Source of the DNA: a virus
Virus record (IMG/VR): IMGVR_UViG_3300045963_000139
Length of the DNA stretch: 60,289 nucleotides
Strand: one strand, 5' to 3'
Shown: positions 1 to 7,063 of the stretch, piece by piece
Layout: every line of letters begins with the position of its first letter
How positions within the stretch are numbered: the first letter of the stretch is position 1
The notes under the pieces: model-generated
What the model was told of the DNA's origin: nothing
Database searches by the model: none
Seen by the model: the letters and a program-made list of their open reading frames with translations, nothing else
Program-made: the position numbers and the translations under genes

Positions 1-127
1 AACCAGTTGAACCACGTTTTTAGCGTCGTGTCCCGAAGCTGCTGGCTGGTGTTTCGGATGACGGCCCAGCGACTGCGGCGCAGCCCGTCCTTGCATTTGG
101 GCATCTCTGCGCAGCGGCGAAACATCT
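1..127. repeat. Terminal direct repeat copy 1, identical to 60163-60289
   Basis: Read directly: the window starts aaccagttgaaccacg... and the same 127-nt string (...gcagcggcgaaacatct) ends it. The repeat lies inside the terL reading frame, so it is a circular-closure overlap. Confidence 0.95.
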
Positions 128-242
128 CCATGATGCATGTGACCGATTTGCCCGAGCCCACCGGCCCCATAAGCAAGCGAACCAGCGCGCTGGACTGCAT
201 AAACACGGCACCCGTGGGGGGTGCGACGTAGTTGACTTTCAT
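1..242 (-). CDS. terL: Terminase large subunit, N-terminal segment. Same gene as 58980-60289 once the 127-bp overlap is collapsed.
   Basis: Reverse translation from ATG at 242 gives MKVNYVAPPTGAVFMQSSALVRLLMGPVGSGKSVTCIMEMFRRCAEMPK..., with Walker A GPVGSGKS. It joins in frame to the MFRRCAEMPK start of ORF 58980-60287. The ATGA overlaps the stop of the upstream gene at 239-242. Confidence 0.88.
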   Translation of the reverse strand, partial: MKVNYVAPPTGAVFMQSSALVRLLMGPVGSGKSVTCIMEMFRRCAEMPKCKDGLRRSRWAVIRNTSQQLRDTTLKTWFNW

Positions 243-820
243 TCGGCTTGATTTTCTGCCATCTCGGCAAACAGTGTGGGGTCGATGAGGGGTGCAATCA
301 CGTAACCGCTTGTTTTATGGCCGGTATCTTCCATGTTGAACGTATTTTTGTCTGAAACGCCGGTTGTTTGGCCAGAAACGGTGGTCTGGTTGCCGTTCAT
401 GTTGATCGTCACGCTGAAACCCTCGCCCGCGTTGACCGATTTTTCCTCTTTGGGCTCCAATCCGGCCACGCGTGTGAAGAACTGGGTGGCTTGGAACTGC
501 TGGGCGAACGTGGCGTCGGGCCCCATAGCTCTCACGAAGGTCTTTTCGGCCAATTCCTCGGCCATGAACTTGGCTTTGATGCGGAATGTGTAGCCGGTTG
601 CGGCCAATTCGGTGCGGTGGGCTTCCACAGCGGCCAAAAACGGGGGCCAATTTTTGAGTTTTTCCCAGTTTTTCGGACTGATGTTGTGCTTTGCAGCCGC
701 TTCATCGGGGTCGACCAAGCCTTGGGCAAGGGTTACGACCAATTCGGGTGGGATTTGGAACTGGGTGGTGGGGACGTAGCCAATATCGATGGGCTCGTCT
801 TGGAAGTCTGGTAAATCCAT
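239..820 (-). CDS. Putative terminase small subunit
   Basis: ORF 239-868 trimmed to ATG 820 (MDLPDFQ...). It sits immediately upstream of terL and is translationally coupled to it (ATGA). The segment AAKHNISPKNWEKLKNWPPFLAAVEAHRTEL resembles the HTH region typical of small terminases. Assignment rests mainly on position. Confidence 0.55.
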   Translation of the reverse strand: MDLPDFQDEPIDIGYVPTTQFQIPPELVVTLAQGLVDPDEAAAKHNISPKNWEKLKNWPPFLAAVEAHRTELAATGYTFRIKAKFMAEELAEKTFVRAMGPDATFAQQFQATQFFTRVAGLEPKEEKSVNAGEGFSVTINMNGNQTTVSGQTTGVSDKNTFNMEDTGHKTSGYVIAPLIDPTLFAEMAENQAE

Positions 821-1538
821 GCTCAGTGTCCTTGGGCTATGAGATGGGGGGAGTGTAACCCGGTACATCGCCTTTCGGCGAGCACCGCTTTGCAGGTCCT
901 TTTTTATTCTGAAAAATTTTGAAAGATGTTTTGAGGGGGCGGGGGTGATTTTTCACTGAGTAGATTTACTCACGGCATAGCGCGGCGGGAATACTTGACT
1001 AATTTAGTCGGGTATTGGTTTTTAGGGACGGTGTGTGTGAGGGGGGTAAATACATCGCGAGGGGGCCCCCCTTGGCCATGTGGGTGGGGGTACTCTCGTT
1101 TTGCCATAGGTGGAAGGGGCATGGAATACAGCTAAGTCCCCGACCCGTTCGAGTATGGTGGTACGGCCGCGCTAAGCATAGGTGCGTCTGTTTGTAGCCG
1201 AGGAACGTCTGCACGGGGAGGGTGGCATTAGTCATCGAAGCGTGTGGTATCAAGGGTGCATAGGTCGGCCGGTAGTGCGACAGTGCCTGTACCCTGAGAG
1301 TGCACGGAAAACCCCTATGTGCATGAAGGCCCAGCGAAGTGTGACAGGCTAGCTGGCCGTGGACTGCAACGTAACGCAGTGGACGATCTGGGTCCGAATA
1401 GCGCAGGTATAGGTGCACCAAAGGGCGTGCATAACGGGGACCGTGGACCATAACACCCAAAAGCGAAAATTCCGATAGTACATTGCATGCAGTGTGCTAT
1501 CTGAGCATGTCGCTCGATAACTTTTAAAGGTGATTCAA
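821..1538. promoter_or_regulatory. ORF-free divergent control region between the leftward packaging arm and the rightward early arm
   Basis: No ORF with an RBS or plausible composition. The plus strand is G-rich with G-runs. There is a GGGGGCCCCC palindrome at 1061-1070 and four ATAGGT(G/C) copies at 1106, 1178, 1260 and 1409. Confidence 0.6.
952..964. repeat. 13-bp inverted-repeat motif copy (ttcact g agtaga), consensus TTCACT-N-AGTGAA
   Basis: Read directly. The left arm is perfect and the right arm matches 4 of 6. Confidence 0.5.
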
Positions 1539-2072
1539 ATGGAAAAAACACAAATACTCAAGGCCATCGGTTCGATTGGCAAAGCCAGCGCTAAGCTGAC
1601 CAAAGACGTGCAAGCGTGCGCCGTCGAATGCGTCATTCATGCGGTGTTGCATGGTGATGTGACACTGGCTGACCAGTTGGTTGATGCACTGGGCAAGCAG
1701 GGCCGTAAATCGAGTTTGCGGGCTTGGTTCGAGATCAACGGTTGCATGTTCATTGCAAAGGGCAAGAACGTGTTTTCATTCGACAAGACACATAAGCTGG
1801 GCAAGCAGGATACTCCTGAGCTGCGTGAGCGTCTAATGGCAAAGCCATGGGAAGATGCAATCCCCGAACCCGCTGCGATCAGCGTGCTTGAGATCAGCGC
1901 GAAGTTCGACAAGTTCATGGATACGCTGACCAAGCAGGCAACGGAGGTTGCGAATGCGGGCGGTGTGGTGCACGGCAAGGCCTTGCTTGAACACATGGCC
2001 AAAGCAGCGGCTGAGTTTCACGCTCGGGCTATCCTGAGCGAAAAGTTCGATCTGGTCGAAGAGAAGGAATAA
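1539..2072 (+). CDS. Hypothetical early protein, first gene of the rightward arm
   Basis: ORF 1530-2072. ATG 1539 lies 8 nt after AAGG and is preferred over GTG 1530. A strong terminator follows immediately. Confidence 0.8.
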   Translation: MEKTQILKAIGSIGKASAKLTKDVQACAVECVIHAVLHGDVTLADQLVDALGKQGRKSSLRAWFEINGCMFIAKGKNVFSFDKTHKLGKQDTPELRERLMAKPWEDAIPEPAAISVLEISAKFDKFMDTLTKQATEVANAGGVVHGKALLEHMAKAAAEFHARAILSEKFDLVEEKE

Positions 2073-2100
2073 GAGAAAGGGCTTCGGCCCTTTTCTTTTC
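2073..2100 (+). terminator. Rho-independent terminator
   Basis: aaagggc-ttcg-gcccttt hairpin (2076-2093) followed by tcttttc. Confidence 0.8.
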
Positions 2101-2135
2101 CGCGCAGCACTGGTCAACCCTGACAGACGCAACTT

Positions 2136-2372
2136 ATGTCATACCCAATCAACCGTGGCACAAAGCTGCCACCTAAGCGCGTTCACTCAGTGAATGTCGG
2201 CAACGCCAACCCATCCAACCTTGAGGCTATCTACGCGGGCGGTGACCCATGGGAAGCCGGTCGTACGTTCGGATGCGGTAACCCCAAGACTACAGGCAGC
2301 ACCGCAGGTGCTCGGGTCATAGTGTCGCGCCGCAATGTGTCCAAATTCACGGTCGCGGGGACTGCGAAGTAG
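2136..2372 (+). CDS. Hypothetical protein, weak call
   Basis: 78-aa ORF with no clear RBS and low-complexity G/N/A-rich sequence. It contains a perfect copy of the 13-bp IR motif. Confidence 0.35.
   Translation: MSYPINRGTKLPPKRVHSVNVGNANPSNLEAIYAGGDPWEAGRTFGCGNPKTTGSTAGARVIVSRRNVSKFTVAGTAK
2182..2194. repeat. 13-bp inverted-repeat motif, perfect copy ttcact c agtgaa
   Basis: Read directly. The 6-bp arms are exact reverse complements around one central base. Confidence 0.7.
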
Positions 2373-2373
2373 C

Positions 2374-2439
2374 TCGCTAAGTGACTTTTCAGGTTCACTC
2401 AGTGAGTTACTGAGTGACTTGGTTTACTCACTGAGTGAA
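2374..2439. repeat. Cluster of four 13-bp IR motif copies (2374-2386, 2394-2406, 2406-2418, 2427-2439)
   Basis: Sequence reads ctcgctaagtgac / ttcactcagtgag / gttactgagtgac / ctcactgagtgaa. Copies 2 and 3 abut and share one base. Confidence 0.7.
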
Positions 2440-2499
2440 TCCTATAGTCACTAGACGATTTTTGGGTGCCTTCTCGCGAGTCCAATCACTCCAAACCCA

Positions 2500-2560
2500 A
2501 TGAAATCAAGGCTTTGTTCTATATTGAGTACAAATATACAATAAGTAGTAGTAAAAAGCC
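2500..2560. other. Most AT-rich segment noticed by eye, candidate DNA-unwinding element
   Basis: Sequence tgaaatcaaggctttgttctatattgagtacaaatatacaataagtagtagtaaaaagcc, flanked by ctcgcgag and tctcgcgaga palindromes (2473-2480, 2564-2573) and by IR motif copies. Confidence 0.4.
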
Positions 2561-2609
2561 TCCTCTCGCGAGAGCGTGTTCGTGTGTTGGCGTACGTGGC
2601 GCGCGTGAA

Positions 2610-2622
2610 GTCACTAAGTAAC
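2610..2622. repeat. 13-bp IR motif copy gtcact a agtaac
   Basis: Read directly. It abuts the candidate -35 of the promoter below. Confidence 0.55.
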
Positions 2623-2623
2623 T

Positions 2624-2654
2624 TTATACGCAAAAAAAAACACACGCGTATAAT
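2624..2654 (+). promoter_or_regulatory. Candidate sigma70-type promoter for the 2763 operon
   Basis: Perfect TATAAT at 2649-2654. The best -35 is ttatac at 2624-2629 with a long 19-nt spacer. About 110 nt upstream of the 2763 start. Confidence 0.3.
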
Positions 2655-2762
2655 CCCTCACGATTCCCCCCTGAGCCTCCGGCATACCATCTAGTTGTCT
2701 TGATACCCGGAAACCCGCATGGATGCTCAGTTCTATTAAGCTCAACATAAGAGAGGATTTCT

Positions 2763-3209
2763 ATGGCCCTTACCATTTCATGCCCTGTGTCAGCCCAAAT
2801 GGTGCTGCGCGACCTCATATCCACACATCCGCCTCACTCAGTGGAAGCCTTGACTCGCACGTTTTTGGCAGACATACACATCACTGAGCAGAAAGTGCGC
2901 GAGCTTGCGCACACAAAGCGCATCACGTTGAGTGCAGTTGTGCGTGGTCTGATGTGCAACAAGTACCCGGAACTGAAGCAACATTGGCCACTCAGTAAGC
3001 AAACGCCTGCACAAATTGAAGGTATTGCCAAGCGTAGTCGCAGCCCGGACGGCGCAGAACTCAAGCGCGCATTGGAGTTACTGAGTGGGTTACTGAGTGA
3101 CCGGCACAACATGCGTACACACAACGCAGCACGTACATTTTTGGCCAAGCATGGCATCGCTGCGCCCGACTGGCGCGAAGAGTATTACAAGCAACCTAAA
3201 GGAGAATGA
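2763..3209 (+). CDS. Hypothetical protein, candidate DNA-binding or initiator protein
   Basis: 148-aa ORF with RBS gagagga 6 nt upstream. An HTH-like stretch reads ITEQKVRELAHTKRITLSAVVRGL. Its own coding sequence carries five IR motif copies. Confidence 0.6.
   Translation: MALTISCPVSAQMVLRDLISTHPPHSVEALTRTFLADIHITEQKVRELAHTKRITLSAVVRGLMCNKYPELKQHWPLSKQTPAQIEGIAKRSRSPDGAELKRALELLSGLLSDRHNMRTHNAARTFLAKHGIAAPDWREEYYKQPKGE
2833..2845. repeat. 13-bp IR motif copy ctcact c agtgga
   Basis: Read directly. Confidence 0.5.
2987..2999. repeat. 13-bp IR motif copy gccact c agtaag
   Basis: Read directly. Degenerate copy. Confidence 0.4.
3077..3101. repeat. Two abutting 13-bp IR motif copies (gttact g agtggg, gttact g agtgac)
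   Basis: Read directly. Same head-to-tail arrangement with a 12-bp step as at 2394-2418. Confidence 0.65.
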
Positions 3210-3211
3210 GC

Positions 3212-3376
3212 ATGTTCAATTGCTACAAGGTATTCGTTAATGGTCGTCTGTACGCCATCGTACACACCGAGAGCGCAGCGAAAGGACTGTCCTTTATGCT
3301 GTTCGAGAGCGATGGTGGTCAACGCGAAGAAGTGCGCATCGAAGGCGCATATATCCCCGGTGGCGTGGGGTTCTAG
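3212..3376 (+). CDS. Hypothetical small protein (54 aa), not in the ORF track
   Basis: Hand translation: MFNCYKVFVNGRLYAIVHTESAAKGLSFMLFESDGGQREEVRIEGAYIPGGVGF*. RBS aaaggaga lies 6 nt upstream. More protein-like than the overlapping S/R-rich 3240-3479 ORF. Confidence 0.5.
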   Translation: MFNCYKVFVNGRLYAIVHTESAAKGLSFMLFESDGGQREEVRIEGAYIPGGVGF

Positions 3377-3459
3377 CACGCGCAGCACTAGTCAGCCATC
3401 GCGTACGCAAAAAAACGGGGAGCCTGACCCCCTTAACAGGCGCAACTCAAGGAGCTACC

Positions 3460-3639
3460 ATGAGCCACGAATGGCCTGAAACTGTATTCATTGGAGACAC
3501 CATGAAGAAACCCACCCGACTGCCCACTCTGAAGCAAGCCCAGACCCGCGACGGACTGCGCACGGTGTTCTACTGGGCGCTGCTCTACATCATCGCAGTG
3601 GCCGTTGTGTTGGCGGACTGCATCGTATGGCGTCCGTAG
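3460..3639 (+). CDS. Hypothetical small membrane protein (59 aa), not in the ORF track
   Basis: Hand translation: MSHEWPETVFIGDTMKKPTRLPTLKQAQTRDGLRTVFYWALLYIIAVAVVLADCIVWRP*. RBS caaggag. C-terminal hydrophobic helix. Confidence 0.5.
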   Translation: MSHEWPETVFIGDTMKKPTRLPTLKQAQTRDGLRTVFYWALLYIIAVAVVLADCIVWRP

Positions 3640-3932
3640 CATCCGCAGTAGTCGGCTCTACGTTCAGGCTCACGGTTGGCAACATAGCAGTCGACCTGTT
3701 GGCTGTGACATCGTTCGATCGTTCACCACACGAAAACGTACGCGCAGAGTATGGTGGCTGCGAAGGGTGCATTGGACACACGGTACTGCACAACATACCG
3801 CCCGGACTGCGCCACTCTAGCATCTGCGCCCGCTTACCCCAAGGGTGCACATCAAATAACTCCATAATCATACGGGCCGAAGACTACGGCATTTACCTAT
3901 CCACATTCGCCTTGGGAGTAACAGATGATTAA
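3627..3932 (+). CDS. Hypothetical protein, weak call
   Basis: 101-aa ORF that fills the gap to the next gene. Weak RBS and unremarkable composition. Confidence 0.35.
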   Translation: MASVASAVVGSTFRLTVGNIAVDLLAVTSFDRSPHENVRAEYGGCEGCIGHTVLHNIPPGLRHSSICARLPQGCTSNNSIIIRAEDYGIYLSTFALGVTDD

Positions 3933-4173
3933 CAAAGAACTGCTCATGCGCTACCGCGCGTTGCACCAGCAGATCGACGGCATGGGCAAGGACTTGCTCA
4001 AGCTCATGCGCCACCCGGACAGCACACAGGAACAGATACTGCGTGGCCGGGACGCATACTTCCACTCATATGCCATGTGGGTGGAGGCGCGCATGATACT
4101 GCAGGAGAAACACCCACCACACCGCCGCTTCCTGCAGCCTGAGTTACCTTGGAACAAACCGGAGGACCTATGA
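3925..4173 (+). CDS. Hypothetical protein
   Basis: 82-aa ORF with RBS gggag 6 nt upstream. Confidence 0.7.
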   Translation: MINKELLMRYRALHQQIDGMGKDLLKLMRHPDSTQEQILRGRDAYFHSYAMWVEARMILQEKHPPHRRFLQPELPWNKPEDL

Positions 4174-4415
4174 ACATGCGCAAGGTGCGCCGCCTGCGGT
4201 CGCGGCGTTGGGACAGCGTGCACAAGAGCTGGAATGCCGTGCTGGATGGTGGGTCCATGTGGCCTATCCGTCACACCAAACCGTGCAAGTCGTATAGCGC
4301 ATGGTGCAGTGACTGCAACGCAGTCAGGTTCATATCGGACCACAACCGATTCCCTCACAACGTGGATGAGTTCTACGCGTTCGAGGATTACGTTCAAATA
4401 GGAGAGCAACCATGA
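4170..4415 (+). CDS. Hypothetical protein (Cys-containing)
   Basis: ORF 4149-4415 trimmed to ATG 4170. RBS ggagga and ATGA overlap with the upstream stop. Contains CKSYSAWCSDC. Confidence 0.7.
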   Translation: MNMRKVRRLRSRRWDSVHKSWNAVLDGGSMWPIRHTKPCKSYSAWCSDCNAVRFISDHNRFPHNVDEFYAFEDYVQIGEQP

Positions 4416-4654
4416 ACATCACAATGGAATCACCCGAAGAGCGCGAAGCGTTCGAGTCCATGCCAGCACACATGGAAGTCAAGCTCGAAGTGCGCGACCA
4501 GTACGGACGACAGACATACCACCCGGCCAACCAGAACGCTGACCTGTTTGCATCCCTTGCCGGGACCAAGACACTCACGCACCACGCCATCTCGGTCATC
4601 ATGCACCTTGGCTACACTGTGACGTACGTGCACAAAGCAGTGGGGATACCGTGA
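4412..4654 (+). CDS. Hypothetical protein
   Basis: ATGA overlap and RBS aggagag. Confidence 0.7.
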   Translation: MNITMESPEEREAFESMPAHMEVKLEVRDQYGRQTYHPANQNADLFASLAGTKTLTHHAISVIMHLGYTVTYVHKAVGIP

Positions 4655-4866
4655 GCACCCTCAAGTCGTGGACGCGTAGCACCACACACCCACACGCGGT
4701 GTTCGTGCTTCGTGAAGACCATGAGATCATTAATAGCGAATACGATGCCAAGGGATGCGCGCTGTGCGTATTCAGTGTTCGAGACAGCGGTTGCGCAACG
4801 CATAAATGTTCCGGTGGTGTGTGGCTCGATGAGACGCAAGCAGTCGTCCTGCGTTTGGAGTCATAG
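4651..4866 (+). CDS. Small Cys4 protein, paralogue family member 1
   Basis: GTGA overlap start. Motifs CALC...CATHKC..VWLDE...LRLES. Confidence 0.65.
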   Translation: MSTLKSWTRSTTHPHAVFVLREDHEIINSEYDAKGCALCVFSVRDSGCATHKCSGGVWLDETQAVVLRLES

Positions 4867-4867
4867 C

Positions 4868-5158
4868 ATGTGGCGGCGCATCACTGTCGATGACAAAGAG
4901 TACGCGCTTGTACCCACGACGCTGTTCATACACCACGAAGACTATGAGCTGGAGTGGGGTAGCCCGTGCCACCTGTGCCCGCACTTCGTGTTCAACCCGC
5001 AAACAAAGCACAGCAACTGCGCCTACCTGATACGTCCACTAATAAAAGACTTCAGTGACGCGCCGTGCCATGCAGACAATCGCCTCGTAGATAAACGCTC
5101 GGCTGTGTTCGTGCCTCTGCGACTAGCCGTCGAGCTGCGACTGGGGGGTGCACCATGA
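4868..5158 (+). CDS. Small Cys-rich protein, divergent family member 2
   Basis: ORF 4712-5158 trimmed to ATG 4868, after ggag. Motifs CHLC...C...C...LRLAVELRLGG. Confidence 0.6.
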   Translation: MWRRITVDDKEYALVPTTLFIHHEDYELEWGSPCHLCPHFVFNPQTKHSNCAYLIRPLIKDFSDAPCHADNRLVDKRSAVFVPLRLAVELRLGGAP

Positions 5159-5361
5159 ACCACGGCGACAAAGCACTGGTCAACGGTGAACCGTGCGTTC
5201 GAGTGGGTTTGCGATCGACCCGCGATTACGACTGGAATAACCCTTGCATAGAATGCCCACACTACGCAAGCGAAGCAGACGGTTGCAATTCGAGCTGCGG
5301 TAACTCATACGTGTGGGTGCGTGAGCATGTGTGGATAGCAATTCTGTTGGAGACACCATGA
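5155..5361 (+). CDS. Small Cys4 protein, family member 3
   Basis: ATGA overlap. Motifs EPCVRV, CIEC...CNSSC..YVWVRE...ILLE. Confidence 0.7.
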   Translation: MNHGDKALVNGEPCVRVGLRSTRDYDWNNPCIECPHYASEADGCNSSCGNSYVWVREHVWIAILLETP

Positions 5362-5573
5362 TCGAGCGACTACTTGTAAAGGACGAGCCATGCGTTCGTG
5401 CGAAGATGGGCAAAGGGTTTGCGACTGGAATCGGCTGCAACCACTGCCCGCTATATCAGCCAGTCATGGCTGGTAAGTCGTGCCACAACGCATGCGGCAC
5501 CGGATACCTGTTCATAAGGGAGCAAGCATACATCGAAGCACTGTTAGAAGAAGGCAACGACGCCAGCCTGTAA
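5358..5573 (+). CDS. Small Cys4 protein, family member 4
   Basis: ORF 5331-5573 trimmed to ATG 5358 (ATGA overlap, RBS ggaga). Motifs EPCVRA, CNHC...CHNAC..YLFIRE...ALLE. Confidence 0.7.
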   Translation: MIERLLVKDEPCVRAKMGKGFATGIGCNHCPLYQPVMAGKSCHNACGTGYLFIREQAYIEALLEEGNDASL

Positions 5574-5601
5574 TGGCGTCATATCACCCAAGGAAATCAA
5601 G

Positions 5602-6618
5602 ATGAAATACTCAGAAGTTAAACAATCGGTCGTCGCCCAGTTCAGCCAAGATCGCCCCGACGCCAACCAGACCGTGTTCGCTATCATGGGCCAGCCCGGT
5701 GGCGGCAAGTCAGCGTGTGCCCGTGACGCATTCAACGAGCTGGGCTTTATCCAAGGCGAGACACTGTTCGAGCTGACACTGTCCTCGCGTGACCCGGTCG
5801 ATCTGCTGGGCACACCTAACAACATCGGCGACTTCACCCGCTGGGTGCCGCCTGAGATGTTCTGGAAGATGCGCAAGGGCACAGGACGCGTAGCACTCTT
5901 GCTCGAAGAGTTCAGCGATGCACAACTGCCCATGTTCAACGCGGCATGCCGCATCATCTACGACCGCTTTGCCGGTGACATGGCTCTGTCCGACCATCTC
6001 CACATCGTGGCCACTGGCAACCGCACCGAAGACAAGTCTGGTGCCATGCGTGTTCCATCCAAGTTCGCAGGGCGCACGCGTCGTCTGGACTACACCGAGA
6101 ATCTGGACGAGTGGATTGCGTATGCACAGGACATGGACTTTCCCATCGAGCTGATTCAGTACCATCGCTTCATGAAGGGCGCAGCACTGGTCGACTTTGA
6201 CCCGAACCGCTACGCCAACGCAACGCCGCGTACATGGGAAGATGTTGCACGCATGCCGCGCACACTGCCAAAGCATATCGAGCGTGACAACGTGGCAGGC
6301 TCTGTTGGCCAAGGCCGTGCCATCGAGTACTGTACGTTCAAGGACCTGTTCGATGACTTGCCTAACATCGACACACTCATCGCCAACCCCACGACAGCGG
6401 CTATTCCCGCCAAGCTCGATGTGCGCTTTGCAGTCCTCGGAGCCCTTGCCCGGGCATCCACGGCGGACAACTTCGAGGCGGTGTGCACATACACCAACCG
6501 CTTCCAGCCTGAGATGCGCGTCATGTGCATCAAGGACGCGATCAAGGTCGAGCCCAAGATCAAGCGTACCCGTGCGTTCCAGACGTGGGCTGCCGAGAAT
6601 GCAGACGTTCTCATATAG
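5602..6618 (+). CDS. MoxR/CbbQ-type AAA+ ATPase
   Basis: Walker A GQPGGGKS, Walker B ALLLEEF, sensor-like VATGN. 338 aa. RBS aaggaa. Confidence 0.85.
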   Translation: MKYSEVKQSVVAQFSQDRPDANQTVFAIMGQPGGGKSACARDAFNELGFIQGETLFELTLSSRDPVDLLGTPNNIGDFTRWVPPEMFWKMRKGTGRVALLLEEFSDAQLPMFNAACRIIYDRFAGDMALSDHLHIVATGNRTEDKSGAMRVPSKFAGRTRRLDYTENLDEWIAYAQDMDFPIELIQYHRFMKGAALVDFDPNRYANATPRTWEDVARMPRTLPKHIERDNVAGSVGQGRAIEYCTFKDLFDDLPNIDTLIANPTTAAIPAKLDVRFAVLGALARASTADNFEAVCTYTNRFQPEMRVMCIKDAIKVEPKIKRTRAFQTWAAENADVLI

Positions 6619-6637
6619 AGGCAGGGCATACAAGCGT

Positions 6638-6856
6638 ATGCCTGAGCCCATCGCCTACACCAACGGCGACGATAACGAAGGGGAATTGATGTGCATGGGT
6701 TGCAGCTTCCGCAACGGCCACGAGACTATGCGCAGCCCGGGTTGTGCCGCCATCAAGGAAGCACTTGATGGTGACTGGTGTGGCTCGACCATCTGGATAC
6801 CTGACACCCCCGAAGGCTTGGCTGAATACATCGCACTCAAGCTGGAAGCATCATGA
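6638..6856 (+). CDS. Small Cys4 protein, family member 5
   Basis: ORF 6197-6856 trimmed to ATG 6638 after the ATPase stop. Motifs CMGC...C...WCGSTIWIPD...IALKLEAS. Confidence 0.6.
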   Translation: MPEPIAYTNGDDNEGELMCMGCSFRNGHETMRSPGCAAIKEALDGDWCGSTIWIPDTPEGLAEYIALKLEAS

Positions 6857-7062
6857 CCACATACATCCGCGTGCCAGAGATACACGACTGCGACGGGTGC
6901 GCAGTCAACCACAACGCCCAGACCGAGGGCGAAACATTCGAGGACCAGCGCTGCACCCAACTGAGCGACGCAATAGGAGGATGCTATACACACAAATGCA
7001 TTTGGATAGAAGACCACGAAGCCTCACGGCTTGCTTACATCACTCTGAAACTGGAGAACTGA
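6853..7062 (+). CDS. Small Cys4 protein, family member 6
   Basis: ATGA overlap. Motifs CDGC...CYTHKCIWIED...ITLKLEN. Confidence 0.7.
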   Translation: MTTYIRVPEIHDCDGCAVNHNAQTEGETFEDQRCTQLSDAIGGCYTHKCIWIEDHEASRLAYITLKLEN

Positions 7063-7063
7063 A

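Noticed and set aside
1-127. Interpreting the 127-bp end identity as a biological direct terminal repeat or as a mobile-element boundary
   Set aside because: It lies in the middle of the terL coding frame and its length equals a common assembler k-mer. It is most simply explained as a circular-contig overlap. Physical termini need read-level evidence.
1140-1165. gttcgag sequence resembling a tRNA T-loop
   Set aside because: The flanking bases cannot form a T-stem (gaccc / tatgg). No acceptor or anticodon arms could be drawn. I found no tRNA elsewhere.
999-1460. 153-aa minus-strand ORF in the divergent intergenic region
   Set aside because: H/R/P/L/Y-rich and low-plausibility sequence, no RBS, and not coupled to terS. 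Treated as non-coding (see the finding on 821-1538).
2451-2645. 64-aa minus-strand ORF across the AT-rich segment
   Set aside because: No RBS and an odd composition. It lies opposite the direction of all neighbouring genes. The region is better explained as regulatory or origin DNA.
3395-3432. A-tract plus gggg/cccc hairpin (aaaaaaacggggagcctgaccccc)
   Set aside because: It would only look like a terminator on the minus strand, where no gene is transcribed. The stem is only 4-5 bp.
5710-6651. 313-aa minus-strand ORF antisense to the AAA ATPase gene. Similar cases are 16682-17389, 22810-23493, 26986-27849, 59244-59945 and the alternative frame 24577-25557.
   Set aside because: Each lies opposite or out of frame to a gene with unambiguous catalytic motifs. 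None has an RBS or coupling to neighbours.
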